Source of the DNA: a virus
Length of the DNA stretch: 54,780 bases
Strand: one strand, 5' to 3'
IMG/VR virus record: IMGVR_UViG_3300017830_000022
Location: 1 to 54,780 of that record
A program made the translations under genes and the position numbers. Below, one piece after another: positions 10,059 through 19,721 of this stretch (position 1 is its first letter; every line of letters starts with the position of its first letter). The notes beneath the pieces were generated by a model. That model ran no database searches. It was given only the letters and a program-made list of their open reading frames with translations, and was not told the origin of the DNA.

Positions 10059-11042
10059 GTGCCATTCCAAACAGGACCAGCGACAAACCTGGATTCCTTG
10101 TTCATCGATTTGCTGGATTTCGCAACGGACTTGGGTTGGACGCAAGATGCAGGCGCTGGCCTCAGCCAGCCTGCCTTGCATAAAGGCGATGTCTACGTGC
10201 AGTTTCGTTACGACGGGACAGGAGTTATTTCGGGCGCAGGTCGGTCAGTCGGCATATTCCAGAGCACTGGGTACACAGCCAATCAACCGCCGGGGGAGCA
10301 TCCAGGTGACTCAGGATCGGGCGCTTCTGGGGCATCAGTAACTGACACGGAAATTCGCAATGATCGATGTATCGCGGAGATGGGCGGAGGACCTTTCACA
10401 TATTGGTTCTTTGGGCTTACGCCTCTCGAGGGAGTCAGCTATATCCACGTTGTTGTTCTCGTGCGCCCAAATGTTTATCGTCATTTCGGTTTCGGCGAAT
10501 TGCAAAGATTTGTGGACTGGCCGGGGGGATCCTATGCATATGGGCAAGTCAAAAGCACAGGGGCCAACGCGCTCGATACAGCGGATAGTTGTCTTTTAGA
10601 CGGCCTTCATTTGGGTCTTCAAGGGGCAACACTTCGTATTAACAGTTTCCCTGGACAACCTGCGACATCTGTTTGGGGGGTTGTTGGCGGGAACCCAGCT
10701 GTCGGGAGTGACCGAGATCGAAACGTACGTGTGCCTATTCAAGGTGGGTTTCGAGGCGGCCCGATTGCAGAATCTCGCGGGAATGTTGGACCCACAGTGG
10801 CGCCAGGGAGTCCTTGGCTTGGTCTCTACCCGATCTGCGCTTGGTACATCCGTGCGCTTCCGAATCAAGCTTATTATCTTGGGTCTATGCCGGATGTTCG
10901 CGGTATACATATGCTCAATTTTCAACCGGGGCAGACAGCGGTTGTTTCAGCCGAAGAGTGGGTTGTATTTCCCGCCTCGACAAAAGCGGGACTCGTTCCA
11001 AGCACTACCGGTAACATCGGTATCGCTTACAAGAAGGTGTAG
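10059..11042 (+). CDS. Tail-associated structural protein, function unknown
   Basis: 327 aa. GTG start shortly downstream of GGAGGAAAG. Located in the tail-tip block. No family recognised. Confidence 0.4.
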   Translation: MPFQTGPATNLDSLFIDLLDFATDLGWTQDAGAGLSQPALHKGDVYVQFRYDGTGVISGAGRSVGIFQSTGYTANQPPGEHPGDSGSGASGASVTDTEIRNDRCIAEMGGGPFTYWFFGLTPLEGVSYIHVVVLVRPNVYRHFGFGELQRFVDWPGGSYAYGQVKSTGANALDTADSCLLDGLHLGLQGATLRINSFPGQPATSVWGVVGGNPAVGSDRDRNVRVPIQGGFRGGPIAESRGNVGPTVAPGSPWLGLYPICAWYIRALPNQAYYLGSMPDVRGIHMLNFQPGQTAVVSAEEWVVFPASTKAGLVPSTTGNIGIAYKKV

Positions 11043-11044
11043 CC

Positions 11045-12607
11045 ATGGTCGAGTTTCTTGGGGGCGTAGTTCGTGAAACAGGTGCAGGGTTCGACTTTTA
11101 CGAACGTGCGCATGTTCTTCCGCAATCCGCTATACTCACGGTCGGCAACCCGCGTTTATTTGAGGTGTTCTCTGGGCATCGTTTCGTGGATATCACATGG
11201 ACTGCCGCGACAGTTGCTGGAGTGGATACGGGCGTAACAATCACCACTGTCCCGTTTTCTTACATCATTCGGCCTACAAATTCGAATTACGAAACGATCG
11301 CAGAGGCGACAGAGACCGGCTCTCCTGTCGTGAACACGTTCATTCGCTTTTCGTTTATCGGCGAGACGGTTGATGTGCCGATCACAGTCACACGTTTCAC
11401 GGTGTTTCCGTATCAACCGGAACGAGAAGTGGCGGAAGAGTTTTCATTTCTTACAGATGTGCTGACGACGCTATCAGGGAAAGAAAATCGCCTTGCGCTT
11501 CGGAAGACACCACGTCATCGATTGACCTATGCATACAACGCCAATCATGATCTTGCGAATCGCATTCGCAACATAATGTTCACGAAGCAGGGCCTGAAAC
11601 TTGGCATTGGGATCTGGTCACAGCAAACGCGGCTCACATCTAATTTATTGCCCGGGGCCCTCACAGCATTCGTTGAAGATACGGAAAGCCGTAACTTTTT
11701 TGAAGGAGGCTTTGTGCTGATCTATATGAATGATTCGCACTACGATTTCCTTCAAGTCGAGTCGTTCACGAATAACACCATTACCTTCACATCTGGGCCC
11801 TCTAAAGGGTATACGCAGTACGATCCGATCATGCCGGGGGACCTTGCTATAACGCGGGGACAAGTATCCACGGTGCGCTATCCTGTGAACATGGAGACGA
11901 CGGAGCTCACGTTTGAATCGACGGAAGGCGGGACGGTAAACCCAGACCTACTGGAATTCCCTTCGTTTGTCATGTTGCCCAGCACGGGGACGTTCGCCAT
12001 TGAAGATAAGAATTTCTTGATTGGACCGACGAATCCAAACGCATGGGAGCGTCGCGTTTCCGTGCAAGATAATCTCACGGGAGTCATTTCTTCTATTCAG
12101 ATCGCAGATGTTAACAAACATCAGTGGGAGATCGGCTTTTCTGGACGAGACCTTTTTGAGATATGGCGATTAAAGCAAATCTTTTATGGACTTGTTGGTC
12201 GGCAAAAGGCGTTTTACATCCGAAGCTTCCGTCCGGATTTTATGCCGCTTGAGGGCATCGTCGGAGGGAACTTTACGATGAACGTCGAGAATCGGGGATA
12301 CGCGCGAAACAATGGTGACCAAGCGCCGCGCGAATGGATTCGGATTGGGTTCAACGATGGGTCCTTTCCGATCTATCGTCGCATTACATCGACGGAGGAA
12401 ATCGATGACGATGTCGAACAGATCCGAGTCAGTCCAGGATGGACATTCACGAAAGCGCTTTCGACAATCGATACTATCGAGATCCTTGAATTCACGAGGC
12501 TCGCCTCTGATACGCTTCGCATCGTGCGAGAGGGCGCTCAACGGTGGAGCGCTCGTCTTCCGCTGATTTCACTTAACGACACCGCGGAAATGATTGCGCC
12601 AAGCTGA
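11045..12607 (+). CDS. Putative distal tail protein
   Basis: 520 aa. The segment FSFLTDVLTTLSGKENRLALRKTPRHRLTYAY resembles the core of GTA g12 / TIGR02217-type distal tail proteins (from memory). Precedes the hub gene. Confidence 0.45.
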   Translation: MVEFLGGVVRETGAGFDFYERAHVLPQSAILTVGNPRLFEVFSGHRFVDITWTAATVAGVDTGVTITTVPFSYIIRPTNSNYETIAEATETGSPVVNTFIRFSFIGETVDVPITVTRFTVFPYQPEREVAEEFSFLTDVLTTLSGKENRLALRKTPRHRLTYAYNANHDLANRIRNIMFTKQGLKLGIGIWSQQTRLTSNLLPGALTAFVEDTESRNFFEGGFVLIYMNDSHYDFLQVESFTNNTITFTSGPSKGYTQYDPIMPGDLAITRGQVSTVRYPVNMETTELTFESTEGGTVNPDLLEFPSFVMLPSTGTFAIEDKNFLIGPTNPNAWERRVSVQDNLTGVISSIQIADVNKHQWEIGFSGRDLFEIWRLKQIFYGLVGRQKAFYIRSFRPDFMPLEGIVGGNFTMNVENRGYARNNGDQAPREWIRIGFNDGSFPIYRRITSTEEIDDDVEQIRVSPGWTFTKALSTIDTIEILEFTRLASDTLRIVREGAQRWSARLPLISLNDTAEMIAPS

Positions 12608-13428
12608 TGCCTTTTGAAGATCAGGAAACCTCACGAGACGAAGCGAAGCCGATTGAGCTCTACAAGATTTATCTTGGCGACACCGTTGTCGAAAGATACA
12701 CGTCGTATCAGACCCAGATTTTTCAAGGAGGCAGCGAGTATCTCCCACTTCCTGGGCTGGAGCGAACCCCGGTGACCATTGTTCGGCAAGGGCGATTTTC
12801 GAACATGACGATTCGGATGCCAGCTTCGACACAGATCGTGACGCGCTACATTAATAACGCACCTTCGCAACCGGTTCGCATTGAGATCAGCCGATTCCAC
12901 GCAGACGACCCGGCTCTGGAAGAACGTCTCCTCGTCGTAGGTATGCTTCGCGCCATTTCGATTACGGACGGCGGAAGAAAGGCTCAGCTAGAGGTCAGCC
13001 CACAGAATGGTGGATTTACCAAGACGATTCCTTCTGACCTGTTTTCTTCACAATGCCAAAACGACTTGGGCGATTCGACCTGCCAGTTTGTCCATACTGC
13101 GCCAACGCATATCGCTCAGAACGTACTTGTGACGGAAGAGTCTGCAGAAAACCTCACAATCCCCGGCATCTCAAGTTACAATGATGGTTGGTTTACCGGG
13201 GGATTTGTCGAGACTCCTCAAGGCGATCGTCGTTTGATTCTTTCGCATGAAGGCACAGCGATTCGCATCATGGTCCCATTTGAAGCGCCTGTGCAAGGGA
13301 CGTCAGTTTCTGTTTATTCCGGTTGCGACCATCGTCCAACAACATGCCGCGGGAAATTCCAGAACCTCGTAAACTTTCGGGGATTCCCTTATATCCCAAG
13401 TCGAGACCCGCATACCGGAGGACCTTAA
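12607..13428 (+). CDS. Tail tip hub protein (DUF2163 / BR0599-type, GTA g13-like)
   Basis: 273 aa. C-terminal CDHRPTTCRGKFQNLVNFRGFPYIP matches the BR0599 signature as I recall it, with a second Cys pair CQNDLGDSTC. TGATG overlap. Confidence 0.65.
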   Translation: MPFEDQETSRDEAKPIELYKIYLGDTVVERYTSYQTQIFQGGSEYLPLPGLERTPVTIVRQGRFSNMTIRMPASTQIVTRYINNAPSQPVRIEISRFHADDPALEERLLVVGMLRAISITDGGRKAQLEVSPQNGGFTKTIPSDLFSSQCQNDLGDSTCQFVHTAPTHIAQNVLVTEESAENLTIPGISSYNDGWFTGGFVETPQGDRRLILSHEGTAIRIMVPFEAPVQGTSVSVYSGCDHRPTTCRGKFQNLVNFRGFPYIPSRDPHTGGP

Positions 13429-16395
13429 ATGGCGTGGAACCTTGTCATCAATTTGGCTATCTTGGCCGTGGGCATCGCGGCTCGGATCATCATTGACAAG
13501 CGGCAACGGCTGAAAAATCAACCGCGGCCATCAGGTGAATTTCCCACGCCGACTAGCACAGAGGGCCGTGCGGTACCCATCGTGTGGGGCACGGCTCGTC
13601 TTGATGGACCGAATCTTCTTTGGTATGGCGACTCGCGGCGGGAGGAAATTGTTGCACGAAGCAGGTCAGTAAGGCTTCTTACGAGGCTTATTGATAGATT
13701 CGGGCAAGAAGTTGTCGTAGGGCATCGATATTTTTATGGACTTCAATATGGTCTTTGCGAAGGGCCCATTGAACGAATCACTCGAGTTTGGTTGAACGGT
13801 CGCCGAGTTTTTCAGCCGGACAATACAGGTGGCTCGGGCATGCCAGGCGGCATCATCTCTCAACGGCAAACAAACTTTTACGAGACGGACAACGGAATTG
13901 ATTTCGCGTTCCGTGTTTTCCCGGGCGATCCTGTACAAAGTGCTTCGTCCTATTTACAGCCGTTTCAAGAGATCGCAGGCGAGCAGCTTACATACGCGAA
14001 CACAGCCTACGTGGCGCCGGTAAGTGAGCCGATGTACATCGGCAATTCACGCGAGTCACTTCCTAGCTTTTCGTTTGAAGTTGTTCGGCTTCCGCCACTT
14101 CCGCCAGGTGGCAATATTCTACATCGTCGCGTGAATCCAGGAACGTTGCCGAGTCCTTCGGTGCCGGATGACATCTTCGCTGATGCGAACCCGGCCCATG
14201 TGTTGTATGAAATTCTCACAAACACGAAATGGGGGCACGCGATTCCAAGCAACGATATCGATGTAGCAAGTTTCAATGAAGCCGCTGAGATTCTGTTCGA
14301 CGAAGGGAACGGCTTCTCGTATTTCGTGGACGCACCCACACCGACGGACGAAATCATTGACATTCTTGAGACCCAGATCGACGGCGTGATGTTTCAAGAC
14401 CCGGTCACGACGCTCTGGAAACTTCGCCTGATCCGCGCGGGAGACGGATCCGATGCGATTGGAGGACCGATCGATGACGAGAGCGTGATTGAGTTCACGA
14501 ACTTCTCCCGCACCACTTGGCAAGATACGGTCAATCACCTGTCTCTCGAATTTCAAGATCGAGACGACAACTACAAGACGACCTACGCGGGCGCCCAAGA
14601 TATGGCGAATGTCCGCACCACTGGGCAACGGCGGAGCCAGGCGATTCGCTTTCCCGGCGTGAAGAATCGGGACCTCGCGAACAATCTTGTATGGCGTGAG
14701 CTTGTCCAACTCTCGCGTCCCTTGGCGACGGTCGAGGTGGTCGTCAATCGGACGTTCTACGCTGTACAACCGGGCGACAAGGTTCGAGTCCAGCTCTCCG
14801 CGCTCCGTCTCAACACCTTCAATCAGAATTTCCGAGTGGCATCCGTTGACCAGGGCGATTTGCTGAACGGAAGAATTCGACTCCAGCTTTCGCAAGACAT
14901 CTTCGATAATCAGATTGGCGCCTTTAATCCACCCGATGGAACGCTTTGGGAGCAGCCTGAAGAGACGCTGATCATCCCCGCACCGAATGACGCCTTCATT
15001 CAAGAGGCGCCCAGGAACTTGCAGCCCGTTGGAGAGGAAGATTCCATACGAATCCTTTACGCAACAAGACGAGCCGCGGGAGAAAATCAGATCCGCTTAC
15101 TGACAAACGACACTGCCACGCCAGAGAATTTCATTCTCGCCGGAGTGTCGGGCGGGTCCTTCATGCTCATCGGCACACTGGGCACCGAGATCCGTCCAGT
15201 AGATGGAGGTATCTCGAGTACGGTTACGTTCGAGGTAATCGGCACACCGGACACAACATCCATCATTCGAGACCGGCTTGATTTGGCGTTAGACCCGATA
15301 CCTGGCGTGGAGTTGGGTGAATCCATGAACTCGGTATTGGCAATCGGCAACGAATTCTTTTTGGTGTCGTCCGTCTCTACGGCGGGGCCGAATCTTCAGT
15401 TCACGGCCTTCCGGTCTGTATTGGACTCAGTGCCAGAAATGCACGCTGAGAACACGTTGATCTTCTTACTCTACTCGAAATATTCGGTAACGGACCTCGA
15501 ATACACAGATGGGCAAAACCTCGAGGTCAAAACGCAACCTGTTCTTTCGGACGGGTCGACGTTGCCGGAAGAAACATTACCACTTGTGACGACTATTGAT
15601 ATCGACCAGAGGTCGCAACGGCCCTATCCGCCCTCTGTTCTTTACGCATATAGTCGAGCATCCAACAATGTTTGGCTCGACGATGTCGACCTCGATTTTC
15701 AAGGAACGGACCCCGACAGCGACATCGGCTTCGAGATTTTCATGAATCGCCGTGATTATCGCGAGCGCAATGAAACACCGCAGCTCGCCCAAGATGCGGC
15801 GGTCATAGGCACAGAGACGCCTGCATTCCCTGGGGCAAATAGCACCGAGCATTCGATCTCATTTTTCCGTAACCCCGATACTGCGCCGGAGATCGTTACT
15901 ACGATCGGCGCTGGACAGAATGAGTCTGTTTTCATTCCACGTTCACAGATCTTACAGGGAAATGACGGCGCACTTCCAGCCAGGCTGGAAGTGCGCGTCG
16001 AAGCGACGCACACCGTGACGGGTGTCGGAGTCTTGACGTCTCGCTATTCTACGCGTTGGGTTTTTGACGTCTCTTCTGAACTCGGAGGGTTATTCGCACT
16101 TGGCAACATGACGGTAAATGACGCGAGCAATGCCTATAACGCAGAAGCGAACGATGACTATCGTGTATCTCTCACAGGCACCCCCGTTGGTGGAGATGTC
16201 GAGTATCGGCTAAATGGTGGATCCTGGACGACCTTGATCGATGTGACGAGCAACGGCGTAATCACAGGTGTGCTCGCGTCCGACCAAATTGAACTCCGCC
16301 ACACCGGCGTCGGGGTAGGTTTGCTAGGTTCTCGATTCATTGATATTACTAGGATCGGAACAAGCACGCGGGTCGCATACGGATTGATCGTATGA
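13429..16395 (+). CDS. Central tail fibre / host specificity protein (lambda J-like)
   Basis: 988 aa. ANPAHVLYEILTNTKWGHAIP...FNEAAEILFDEGNGFSYF resembles the conserved J / GTA g15 core. Last gene of the tail block. Confidence 0.7.
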   Translation: MAWNLVINLAILAVGIAARIIIDKRQRLKNQPRPSGEFPTPTSTEGRAVPIVWGTARLDGPNLLWYGDSRREEIVARSRSVRLLTRLIDRFGQEVVVGHRYFYGLQYGLCEGPIERITRVWLNGRRVFQPDNTGGSGMPGGIISQRQTNFYETDNGIDFAFRVFPGDPVQSASSYLQPFQEIAGEQLTYANTAYVAPVSEPMYIGNSRESLPSFSFEVVRLPPLPPGGNILHRRVNPGTLPSPSVPDDIFADANPAHVLYEILTNTKWGHAIPSNDIDVASFNEAAEILFDEGNGFSYFVDAPTPTDEIIDILETQIDGVMFQDPVTTLWKLRLIRAGDGSDAIGGPIDDESVIEFTNFSRTTWQDTVNHLSLEFQDRDDNYKTTYAGAQDMANVRTTGQRRSQAIRFPGVKNRDLANNLVWRELVQLSRPLATVEVVVNRTFYAVQPGDKVRVQLSALRLNTFNQNFRVASVDQGDLLNGRIRLQLSQDIFDNQIGAFNPPDGTLWEQPEETLIIPAPNDAFIQEAPRNLQPVGEEDSIRILYATRRAAGENQIRLLTNDTATPENFILAGVSGGSFMLIGTLGTEIRPVDGGISSTVTFEVIGTPDTTSIIRDRLDLALDPIPGVELGESMNSVLAIGNEFFLVSSVSTAGPNLQFTAFRSVLDSVPEMHAENTLIFLLYSKYSVTDLEYTDGQNLEVKTQPVLSDGSTLPEETLPLVTTIDIDQRSQRPYPPSVLYAYSRASNNVWLDDVDLDFQGTDPDSDIGFEIFMNRRDYRERNETPQLAQDAAVIGTETPAFPGANSTEHSISFFRNPDTAPEIVTTIGAGQNESVFIPRSQILQGNDGALPARLEVRVEATHTVTGVGVLTSRYSTRWVFDVSSELGGLFALGNMTVNDASNAYNAEANDDYRVSLTGTPVGGDVEYRLNGGSWTTLIDVTSNGVITGVLASDQIELRHTGVGVGLLGSRFIDITRIGTSTRVAYGLIV

Positions 16396-16422
16396 AGTCT
16401 CGCGGGTGGAAAAGGGGCAGAC

Positions 16423-16788
16423 ATGACAGCGCCGGTCGCAGCCTTTAGGATCACTCCCAAGCAAATGGATTCCGACACAACCCCTACCCCTACCCCCAAA
16501 CGCATGTCCAACAGCTTCTGGGCGATCGTCGTTCTCATCGTGCTCAATGGAGGCGGCGGCGCGTTCGCTGTTGCCCAGAGCTCGAATGTGGGTGAGCGAT
16601 TGGCTCGCCTTGAAACGGAGATCAAAGCCCAAAACGTTTTGCTCGAGCGGATCACCCAGGCCACCGCCAATGATGTCGCCGCCAACCGAGCTGACATTCT
16701 TGAAGTGCGCATGGAGATCTCTGCGCTTCGGGAACGCATGAAAGGGCTCGAAAACGCTCTAGCCGAACGAAAGCCGCGGCGCCGATAG
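16423..16788 (+). CDS. Membrane-anchored coiled-coil protein (i-spanin-like or holin-like)
   Basis: 121 aa. One TM helix (FWAIVVLIVLNGGGGAFAVA) followed by a heptad-rich helical region. First gene after the tail block. Confidence 0.4.
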   Translation: MTAPVAAFRITPKQMDSDTTPTPTPKRMSNSFWAIVVLIVLNGGGGAFAVAQSSNVGERLARLETEIKAQNVLLERITQATANDVAANRADILEVRMEISALRERMKGLENALAERKPRRR

Positions 16789-16801
16789 CATTCAATATTA
16801 C

Positions 16802-16830
16802 TTGACATGGCCACAATCTGGCCTTATGCC
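16802..16830 (+). promoter_or_regulatory. Candidate promoter giving a leaderless lysis-lipoprotein mRNA
   Basis: TTGACA (16802-16807), 17 bp, TATGCC (16825-16830), 6 nt, ATG 16837. The -35 is perfect; the -10 is weak. Confidence 0.3.
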
Positions 16831-16836
16831 TAGGGC

Positions 16837-17562
16837 ATGAGGATTGCGGTCACGTCAATGCTTGTACTGGCGACCTGCGCCAAGCCCCCGGCCGAGTCGC
16901 CGAAACCACCTGACAAACCGCAGCCAAGCGAGCCGCCACCGGGTGAGCCCTACCCGGTGGTCGACTTTGGTGGGAAGGGCGAGCCCCAGCTCCCGTCTAA
17001 GGAGGATCCAAAACTCTGCGGAGCCAAGCGCTTCACCCACGCACACGCCCGCGATACCCGTCGACGTGTCCGCAGAGCATGTCGTTCTCTGGGCAACGCT
17101 GCGCACGTTTGTGAGGTCTACGACACGATTGTGGTCCGGGAATCCAATGGCAACGCTCAAGCCGTGTGTACGAAAGGACCAGGTGAGGTGGGGTTTGGAC
17201 CTATGTGCCTCTCGGCTCGATGGCAGGGCCCGAAATGGCCAGGTCCGCCGGAAGAATTTTGCATCCCCGAAGTGGCTGCGGTTGTCACGCACGAAATCTT
17301 TTGGCGCGCGGTAACGGCTTACGACGCGGAAACGTTAGCTGATCTACAGGCGATCTTTGGCTTTCACGTCTGGGAGGATGGCCGAGGCGGGCTGATGCCC
17401 GCACAGTACTGGCGGCATCGCCCGGCGTTTTGTCGACGGCTCGCGGACCGGGGTTTGGATTGCAATGCACCGGTGACGCGGAGCGATTTAGGTCGGCGGC
17501 TTCGGAAGGACCAGCGGGCAGCGTTTGTCGATCGCTTGTTGCGGAGTCGGCCCAGTGTCTGA
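16837..17562 (+). CDS. Lipoprotein with SLT-like lytic transglycosylase region (candidate endolysin)
   Basis: 241 aa. MRIAVTSMLVLATC is a short signal peptide plus a lipobox-like LATC. Pro-rich linker. VVRESNGNAQAV...GEVGFGPM resembles the E-S ... G-L-M-Q catalytic region of SLT domains. Confidence 0.5.
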   Translation: MRIAVTSMLVLATCAKPPAESPKPPDKPQPSEPPPGEPYPVVDFGGKGEPQLPSKEDPKLCGAKRFTHAHARDTRRRVRRACRSLGNAAHVCEVYDTIVVRESNGNAQAVCTKGPGEVGFGPMCLSARWQGPKWPGPPEEFCIPEVAAVVTHEIFWRAVTAYDAETLADLQAIFGFHVWEDGRGGLMPAQYWRHRPAFCRRLADRGLDCNAPVTRSDLGRRLRKDQRAAFVDRLLRSRPSV

Positions 17563-17782
17563 CCCCACTGCGGATCATCTCCGCGAGCTGTGGAATCGAG
17601 TTTCCCGCGAATTGCTCGCCCGCAATGTGTCGCAGCGAAAGCTCGCGGATCATCTCGGGATTGATCCGAGCGCGCTGAGTCGCAGCCTTAACGGGCAACG
17701 GGCGTGGCGCGTAACGGAATTACTGGATACATGTGAATTTTTGGAGAAAACCCCGAACGAACTGCTTGGATTTGAGCAGTAA
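17555..17782 (+). CDS. XRE/Cro-type HTH transcriptional regulator
   Basis: GTG 17555, overlapping the previous stop by 8 nt. VSQRKLADHLGIDPSALSRSLNGQR is a typical HTH. Confidence 0.7.
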   Translation: MSDPTADHLRELWNRVSRELLARNVSQRKLADHLGIDPSALSRSLNGQRAWRVTELLDTCEFLEKTPNELLGFEQ

Positions 17783-17910
17783 AAGAGCAAAGGCCCCAAT
17801 GGAAATCATCAAAAAATATCGTGGAAAGGCAACCGAAGCTATCCGAGGCATTACGCTACATCAAAAAGATCCGGAAAGTAAGTCGGCAACGGCAAAGGAG
17901 GAGCAGATCA

Positions 17911-18057
17911 ATGGATAACGAGAAACAAGGGTCATGGCTACAAGCCGTTGTAAACGTCGCTCTTTTTCCTTTTGTTTCGCTTGTCGTCGCCGCCGTTCTT
18001 GTGTGGGCGCTTTCGGCTGGGACGTTTGCTTGGCTGTTTGGGAGGCGTGATGGATAA
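17911..18057 (+). CDS. Small two-segment membrane protein (holin-sized)
   Basis: ATG 17911 preceded by AAAGGAGGAG. 48 aa with two hydrophobic segments. Confidence 0.45.
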   Translation: MDNEKQGSWLQAVVNVALFPFVSLVVAAVLVWALSAGTFAWLFGRRDG

Positions 18058-18301
18058 TCAAATCGATCTTGAAAAAGATTGGCGCGACTTTCTTGGCGAG
18101 TTGGCCAAGAAGAAGCTCGAGCAAGACCCAGATCTTGAAAAGCTTTGTGCCATGTGTAAGGAGAGTATCGCACAGATAGAACATCCACGCATGCGAGCGG
18201 ACATGATAAAAATCGTTAGTAGCATCATGAGTATGGCCGCAGCTATTGGGATAAAGGCGGGGGTAGAAGTAATGATTGAGATGAGGCAGAATGAAAACTA
18301 A
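18050..18301 (+). CDS. Hypothetical protein
   Basis: 83 aa from ATG 18050, with an 8-nt overlap with the previous gene. Helical, with a hydrophobic C-terminal part. Confidence 0.45.
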   Translation: MDNQIDLEKDWRDFLGELAKKKLEQDPDLEKLCAMCKESIAQIEHPRMRADMIKIVSSIMSMAAAIGIKAGVEVMIEMRQNEN

Positions 18302-19721
18302 AGCCTTTCCCCATCAGCAAAAAGACATCGACGAAAACGCTTTCCGTGAACGATGGGGCCTACTATGGGAAATGGGCACCGGCAAGACCCGAACGATCCT
18401 CGGTCACTTCGAGAAGCTTGTGAACGCGGGCAAGGTCACGCGAATCATTGTCGTCGCCCCGACGTCCGTACATCTGGGCTGGGGACGCGACGAGGCGCGC
18501 AAACATCTTGACGACGATCTTTTCCGGCGTCTTGTCGCGCTTTCATGGGTCTCTTCAAAGACCAAAACGAAGGCATTCCAGCGCAAGGCCGACACATTCA
18601 TGCATTCAAAGAATCCGGGACTAATGACATTGGGTTATGACGCCTTGATGAATAAGAATTGCTGGAAGTATGTGAAGACGATCATGAAGGAGCATAAGAC
18701 GCTCTTCGTGCTCGATGAGATGCACTACGTCAAAACACCCAGTGCGGCACGATCTACGCGGGTACACGCGACAGCGAAGTACGCCGCTTACGTCCGCGGA
18801 CTAAGTGGAACGCCGCAACCGAATAGCCCGTTTGATTTGTACATGGTGCTGAAAATTTTAAATCCAGAGATTCTCGCTGCGAATCAAGTACGAACGTCGG
18901 AAGCATTTCGGGCGTACTTTGGTGTGTTTCGTACACGGAATATCAATAATCATACATTCGAGGAGGTGACGGAGTATCGCAATTTAAGGCAACTCAGCTC
19001 GATGCTCAAAACGTGCACGCATCGCTTGTTGAAAGAACACGTTCTCGACCTCCCGCCCAAAATCTACACGCGACGCTACTTCACCATGCCACCCGAATGG
19101 AATGCTGCGTATAACAGCATCAAAGATTTACACGAACATATCTTCGAAGACGGTGAGCTTCTGACGACACCGCTTGCCATTCAAAGAATCACTCGACTGC
19201 AACAAGTTACGAGCGGCTACATCCCCACGGATGAATGTTCGTGGCCGCGACCCATCACGGGAGACAAAAATCCACGGCTCGATTTGCTAGAAGACATCCT
19301 TGCGGATACGACCGATAACGTCATTGTCTGGGCAAAGTACAAGAACGATCGCATTCGTATCTTCTCTCGGTTGGAGAAACTAGGTATCTCTTATGCAATC
19401 GTGCAAGGCGGCATGACAGATGAACAACGACGCAGCCAGGTTGCACGATTTCGTGAGGGCCGAGCTCGTGTTTTTATTGGGTCTGAGGCAGCAGCCGGAG
19501 CAGGAATCGATGGGTTTCAAGAACGTTGCGCAACGGTTGTCTATTACAACACAACCTACAACGGCGGCAATCGCCAACAATCGGAAGACCGCGCCCATCG
19601 AATTGGCCAAAAAAGAGCCGTCACTTATATTGACCTGATAGCATTGAATACTATAGATTCAGCGGTAGTGCAGAATCTCGAAGACAAGCGACGCCTGGCA
19701 AAGGAAGTGATTGACTCATGA
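18291..19721 (+). CDS. SNF2/Rad54-family helicase
   Basis: 476 aa. Motifs VLDEMHYVK (DExH), SGTPQPNS, QQSEDRAHRIGQKRAV. Confidence 0.85.
   Translation: MKTKAFPHQQKDIDENAFRERWGLLWEMGTGKTRTILGHFEKLVNAGKVTRIIVVAPTSVHLGWGRDEARKHLDDDLFRRLVALSWVSSKTKTKAFQRKADTFMHSKNPGLMTLGYDALMNKNCWKYVKTIMKEHKTLFVLDEMHYVKTPSAARSTRVHATAKYAAYVRGLSGTPQPNSPFDLYMVLKILNPEILAANQVRTSEAFRAYFGVFRTRNINNHTFEEVTEYRNLRQLSSMLKTCTHRLLKEHVLDLPPKIYTRRYFTMPPEWNAAYNSIKDLHEHIFEDGELLTTPLAIQRITRLQQVTSGYIPTDECSWPRPITGDKNPRLDLLEDILADTTDNVIVWAKYKNDRIRIFSRLEKLGISYAIVQGGMTDEQRRSQVARFREGRARVFIGSEAAAGAGIDGFQERCATVVYYNTTYNGGNRQQSEDRAHRIGQKRAVTYIDLIALNTIDSAVVQNLEDKRRLAKEVIDS

Noticed and set aside
16844-17314. ORFs 16844..17314 (+) and 16855..17292 (-) overlapping the lysis lipoprotein gene.
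   Set aside because: These are alternative frames of the same segment. The chosen frame has a signal peptide, lipobox and SLT-like motif.
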